This document shows, piece by piece, positions 62,552 to 64,000 of a stretch of DNA of 64,000 bases. Position numbers and translations under genes: made by a program. The notes under the pieces are model-generated. The model was given only the letters and a program-made list of their open reading frames with translations, was not told where the DNA came from and ran no database searches. Source of the stretch: an uncultured virus (IMG/VR IMGVR_UViG_2061766007_000176) (lineage: Duplodnaviria > Heunggongvirae > Uroviricota > Caudoviricetes); the IMG/VR virus record IMGVR_UViG_2061766007_000176. One strand, given 5' to 3'. Each line of letters starts with the position of its first letter. Position 1 is the first letter of the stretch.

Positions 62552-62812
62552 CATCGAAAGGGGATGATTCCAAAGGGACGGGTGAGCGAGAGCGAGCAGG
62601 TCGCGGTGGCTCGTAATCGCACAAATTGAAGCGACTGGGCGCGCCCACCGAGGCATGGGCGGTACTAAACCAGAGTCAGACTCTGGCGAGCGTACCAAGT
62701 CCCACGAGGGAAGGGAGAGAGACCCGGAAATCGTGGGACGGGGTGGTAACCCCTCCAGACCCGAGGAAATGCGGGGAGCAATAGCCAAAACGGGCGCAAG
62801 TGCGCCCATTTT
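62552..62812 (+). ncRNA. putative structured ncRNA, copy 2 (homolog of 60017..60268)
   Basis: Promoter TTGACA-17-TATAAT at 62518-62546; stems CCAGAGTC/GACTCTGG and GTCCCACGA/TCGTGGGAC; terminator GGGCGCA/TGCGCCC plus T-run. Confidence 0.6.
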
Positions 62813-63044
62813 CCACATCCGGGCCTGCGCGGGCCGGCTATATGTCATTCAAAATTCGCCATTACAGGCCCGATCTGGCCAATTCAACTGGCCGGCCGGC
62901 CACACTTAATTCTGGCCCGTTAGAATGTGAATTACAGGCCAGAATTCAACCAGGCATCGGCCAGATAATAGGCCAGAATTATTAAGGCCGGCCACAGGCC
63001 AGGCCCGCTTTAATACGCTAAAGTATTAAAGTAGATAGATATTA

Positions 63045-63198
63045 AATATGCCCGCCCAATCGGACGGGTCTTACCGGTGCCACCCTCGGGCGACCTACCC
63101 TCAGTGGCTTGGGCGCTTGGTCTCGCCCGTTGAGTCCGCTTCGCGCCTGCCCGCGGACTCGGGGCTTGGGTTCCCACCGGAATCACCTCCCTTCGATG
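63045..63198 (-). ncRNA. putative structured small RNA (~150 nt)
   Basis: Promoter 63232-63204; closing stem CCGGTG/CACCGG with internal stems GAGTCCGC/GCGGACTC and GCCAC/GTGGC. Confidence 0.45.
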
Positions 63199-63436
63199 GT
63201 TAAAGTATAGCACAGTCGCGCCGGTTTGTCAACAGTTTTTTTGAATTTTTTCAAAAAAAATTACGATCAAAATTTGCCTCTCCAGGCCCAAACTGGCCCG
63301 TCGGCATCGACCGGCCGGCCGTATGGTTCTGAAAATCGGCCTGTAGAGGCAAATTCCAACTGGCCGGCCTGCCGCCGAGTTAGTCTCGTCTAACTCTAAG
63401 GATGTAAAATTTGGTCTGACCAGATTTTACATTGTC

Positions 63437-63874
63437 TTATTTGGTCAGACCCTTGAGAACCTTCACGATGTCGGCGGGTTCGTAAGCGTTCTCACCCCAA
63501 GCCTTGCGGTTTCCTTCTTCATCATCGAACAGGATGTATCCGTTGGTAGCGGTTTTCTTATTCGTTCCGTAGGGAACAACCTTGATTTCGTTCCACTTGA
63601 CGGCGGGAAGGTGCTTGGCGAGCCAAGCGACCTTGGCTTTGGCGACCGCCTTGTGATAGGCGGGATTGTCAACCTTGGCGGTCCAAGTGATGACATTCAC
63701 GGTATAGCCGTTCTTCTGAACCTTGTTCAGCAGGCGGGCGATGTGGGCGAGATTTCCGATACCCTTAGCGATTTCGTAGGGGCGGGTCTCGCCGTTGCGG
63801 ATGGCGATCAGCCAATCAGCGACTCCGTAGAGGTCAGCGATTGTGCCATCCATGTCGAACCAGATACCCTTCAT
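63437..63874 (-). CDS. HAD-superfamily phosphatase (5'-nucleotidase-like)
   Basis: FDMDGTIAD motif I, ITW, K, LFDDE motif IV. Confidence 0.85.
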   Translation of the reverse strand: MKGIWFDMDGTIADLYGVADWLIAIRNGETRPYEIAKGIGNLAHIARLLNKVQKNGYTVNVITWTAKVDNPAYHKAVAKAKVAWLAKHLPAVKWNEIKVVPYGTNKKTATNGYILFDDEEGNRKAWGENAYEPADIVKVLKGLTK

Positions 63875-64000
63875 TCCTTAACTCCCCCTTTCTGATTATA
63901 TTATATACTATTGACACCGGATTACAATTGATTATTTGGGAAAATTTCATACCAGATTAACCATCAGGCACACTGTGCTTCAAGCCAATTAATCATTTTA

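Noticed and set aside
62552..62812. RNase P RNA, T-box, tmRNA or tRNA identity for the ncRNAs
   Set aside because: Only short resemblances (GGAGCAA..GCCAAA, GGGTGGTA.C); no GAGGAAAGUCC P4 signature, no downstream regulated gene, no tag reading frame or TPsiC arm recognised
55880..63400. CRISPR array
   Set aside because: Repeats are dispersed and irregularly spaced, without a constant repeat-spacer period; no cas genes
55403..63895. Long + strand and overlapping ORFs in the track (55432..55893, 56061..56831, 62168..62985 and similar)
   Set aside because: Antisense shadows or read-through of promoters and repeats in GC-richer DNA; no RBS and implausible composition

Overview
This window is about 64 kb of a large tailed (siphovirus-like) phage genome. 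The sigma70/sigmaA promoters and GGAGG RBSs point to a Firmicutes-type host. It is a gapped, probably metagenomic scaffold. The key to reading it is that TAG is a sense codon (most likely Gln, genetic code 15): the fragmented ORF track collapses into long single-frame genes, and every gene whose end I could trace finishes with TAA or TGA. (1) 1-17 kb, + strand, replication and nucleotide metabolism: a LAGLIDADG endonuclease in a probable group I intron in recJ, dnaE, GIY-YIG nucleases, nrdD-nrdG plus a formate/nitrite channel, dUTPase and a RuvC-like resolvase. (2) 17-55.4 kb, - strand, virion module: terminase, portal, prohead protease/scaffold, three divergent capsid and decoration copies split by N-gaps (probably co-assembled strain variants), neck and tail-tube genes, a ~4730-aa tape measure protein, a Dit-like protein and a ~2075-aa tail protein ending in a Hint domain. 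(3) 55.4-64 kb, a GC-richer early/host-takeover-like region of small monocistronic genes. Each gene has its own near-consensus promoter, and the genes are interleaved with several families of palindromic and dispersed repeats and at least six promoter-driven, ORF-less transcription units. Two of these are homologous ~250-nt structured RNAs that I cannot assign to a known family. No tRNA or CRISPR array was seen.
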